Positions 62,765-64,000 of a DNA stretch of 64,000 bases are shown here, one piece after another. Every line of letters begins with the position of its first letter. Within the stretch, counting starts at the first letter, position 1. The translations under genes and the position numbers were made by a program. The stretch comes from Camelus ferus. Its lineage: Eukaryota. The stretch covers positions 8,186,001 to 8,250,000 of the forward strand of contig NC_045697.1 in assembly GCF_009834535.1 (NCBI RefSeq). The letters run 5' to 3'. The notes beneath the pieces are model-generated. The model saw nothing but the letters and a program-made list of their open reading frames with translations. It ran no database searches and was not told the DNA's origin.

Positions 62765-64000
62765 GTATCAGAGGAGTTCCAGCGGCCCAATGAGATGACA
62801 ATCCACGATGAACCGCTGAAGGAGTTCTCGGGAACTTCCTGAACTCGCATTTGGCGGTTCGACCCAGTCCACACACCCGCCTCCCCAACCTGGGCCCATG
62901 GTGAGCACAGTCTGGCGTGGCCGTTCTCGTGTTCTTAGTCTGCCCTGGGTTGACATGACTTCACTCTACGTGCCTTGCCCTCATTTCAAAGGCTCCGAAG
63001 GCCCTCATTTTCAGGTTACAAAAACAGTCCTAAAAATCAACTTCTGCCAAATCACAAGTAATTGAGCAAATTATGCTTCCTAATCACCCATCTTTCTTTG
63101 CATCTCAGCCGTCAAACCCTTCTGCTGACATGTTCCTGGGGCCCCCGGCTTTCCAGCCTCTTCTCTGGTGTCATTCTAACGGACACTAATGGCTTCACTG
63201 CAATTCAGGCATCAGAAAGGTCTCAGCCATCAGTTTATCCTCTGACCCTGAGCGCGGGCTTCTCCAGTCAAGTTCAGGCATCACTGATTCACCTGCTGGT
63301 TAGTCTGGACGGCTTATTCTGTCTGCACCTTTTCTTCTTCCACTAAGAACTAAAATGACGACCAGCTGCCTCCATTAAAGTACCCCTTCCCCTCCCTGAC
63401 CCATCAACCTGCCATGTGGGGCCACGTCTGTACTCCTAATGGACCTCTGCTGGTCGTCCTCCCCAGAGTGACCTGCAGCGTGCAGGGCCATCCCTGTGGT
63501 GCCCTCCCCCTACACCAGCCCTTTCCTCCTCACACCTGGGAGGTGAAAAGCCAGACTCCTTTGCCGAGACCTCAATTTCTTCACATTTGTTTCTGTCTCA
63601 CTGTGAAAGAACAGACAGGTGATGGGAGTGAGGTCACAGCCAGCACTGTCAAAAAGTAGAAAGCAGGGGCCCTTGGAGGGGACAAGGCTTAAGAGGAATT
63701 TTTTGTTCTTTGTCTGCCCAAAGTAATCCTTCCAAAGCCATGCCATAAACAAAACATCCTCTTTCCTGGAGGGAGAAATGCATCAGATACCTGTAAGACA
63801 TGGTGACTGCACCCTTCTCTCCCGTAGTCAGCCTGTGCAGTGGACCTCGTCTTCTCCTTTCAAACCCAGAGCAGCAGATCCAGTTCTTGGCCAGAAGCGC
63901 TGAGGTCTTTCCATTCTTGTGCAGTATCACTATAAGCCCCAACATCCTCCCTGAAAAACATCACATGGTGGAAAGTATGCAGATTATTTTGTCCTCAGAA

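Noticed and set aside
1..64000. Prokaryote-type systems (CRISPR, operons, defence loci) or a host protein-coding gene
   Set aside because: The sequence is mammalian repeat-rich DNA with no spaced repeat array, and no ORF resembles a non-transposon protein I recognise.

Overview
Mammalian, repeat-dense, apparently non-coding DNA (intergenic or deep intronic). It is probably from a camelid: it carries a tRNA-Ala-like SINE resembling the camelid vic-1 type plus young artiodactyl-type L1 3' ends. I see no recognisable protein-coding gene, rRNA, tRNA or CRISPR array, and the ORF-track hits are L1 ORF1/ORF2 remnants or chance ORFs. The window is layered with ancient L2, MIR, L3/CR1, MLT1/ERVL LTRs, hAT elements (MER3, MER33, MER53, MER58A, MER20), old L1M pieces and a near full-length ancient HAL1, overlaid by several young L1 insertions. 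The most notable items are: (1) a TSD-flanked ~2.85 kb young L1 with full 5'UTR, ORF1 and 3'UTR but almost all of ORF2 missing, a candidate lineage-specific half-L1 family; (2) a perfect 57-bp templated duplication with a 14-bp fold-back inside an ancient L1; (3) a twin-priming L1 inversion nested in an older L1; (4) a few candidate exons and regulatory sites (CTCF, DR1/GATA, STAT/ETS). Repeat family names come from recalled consensus sequences, not a database search, and repeat boundaries are approximate.
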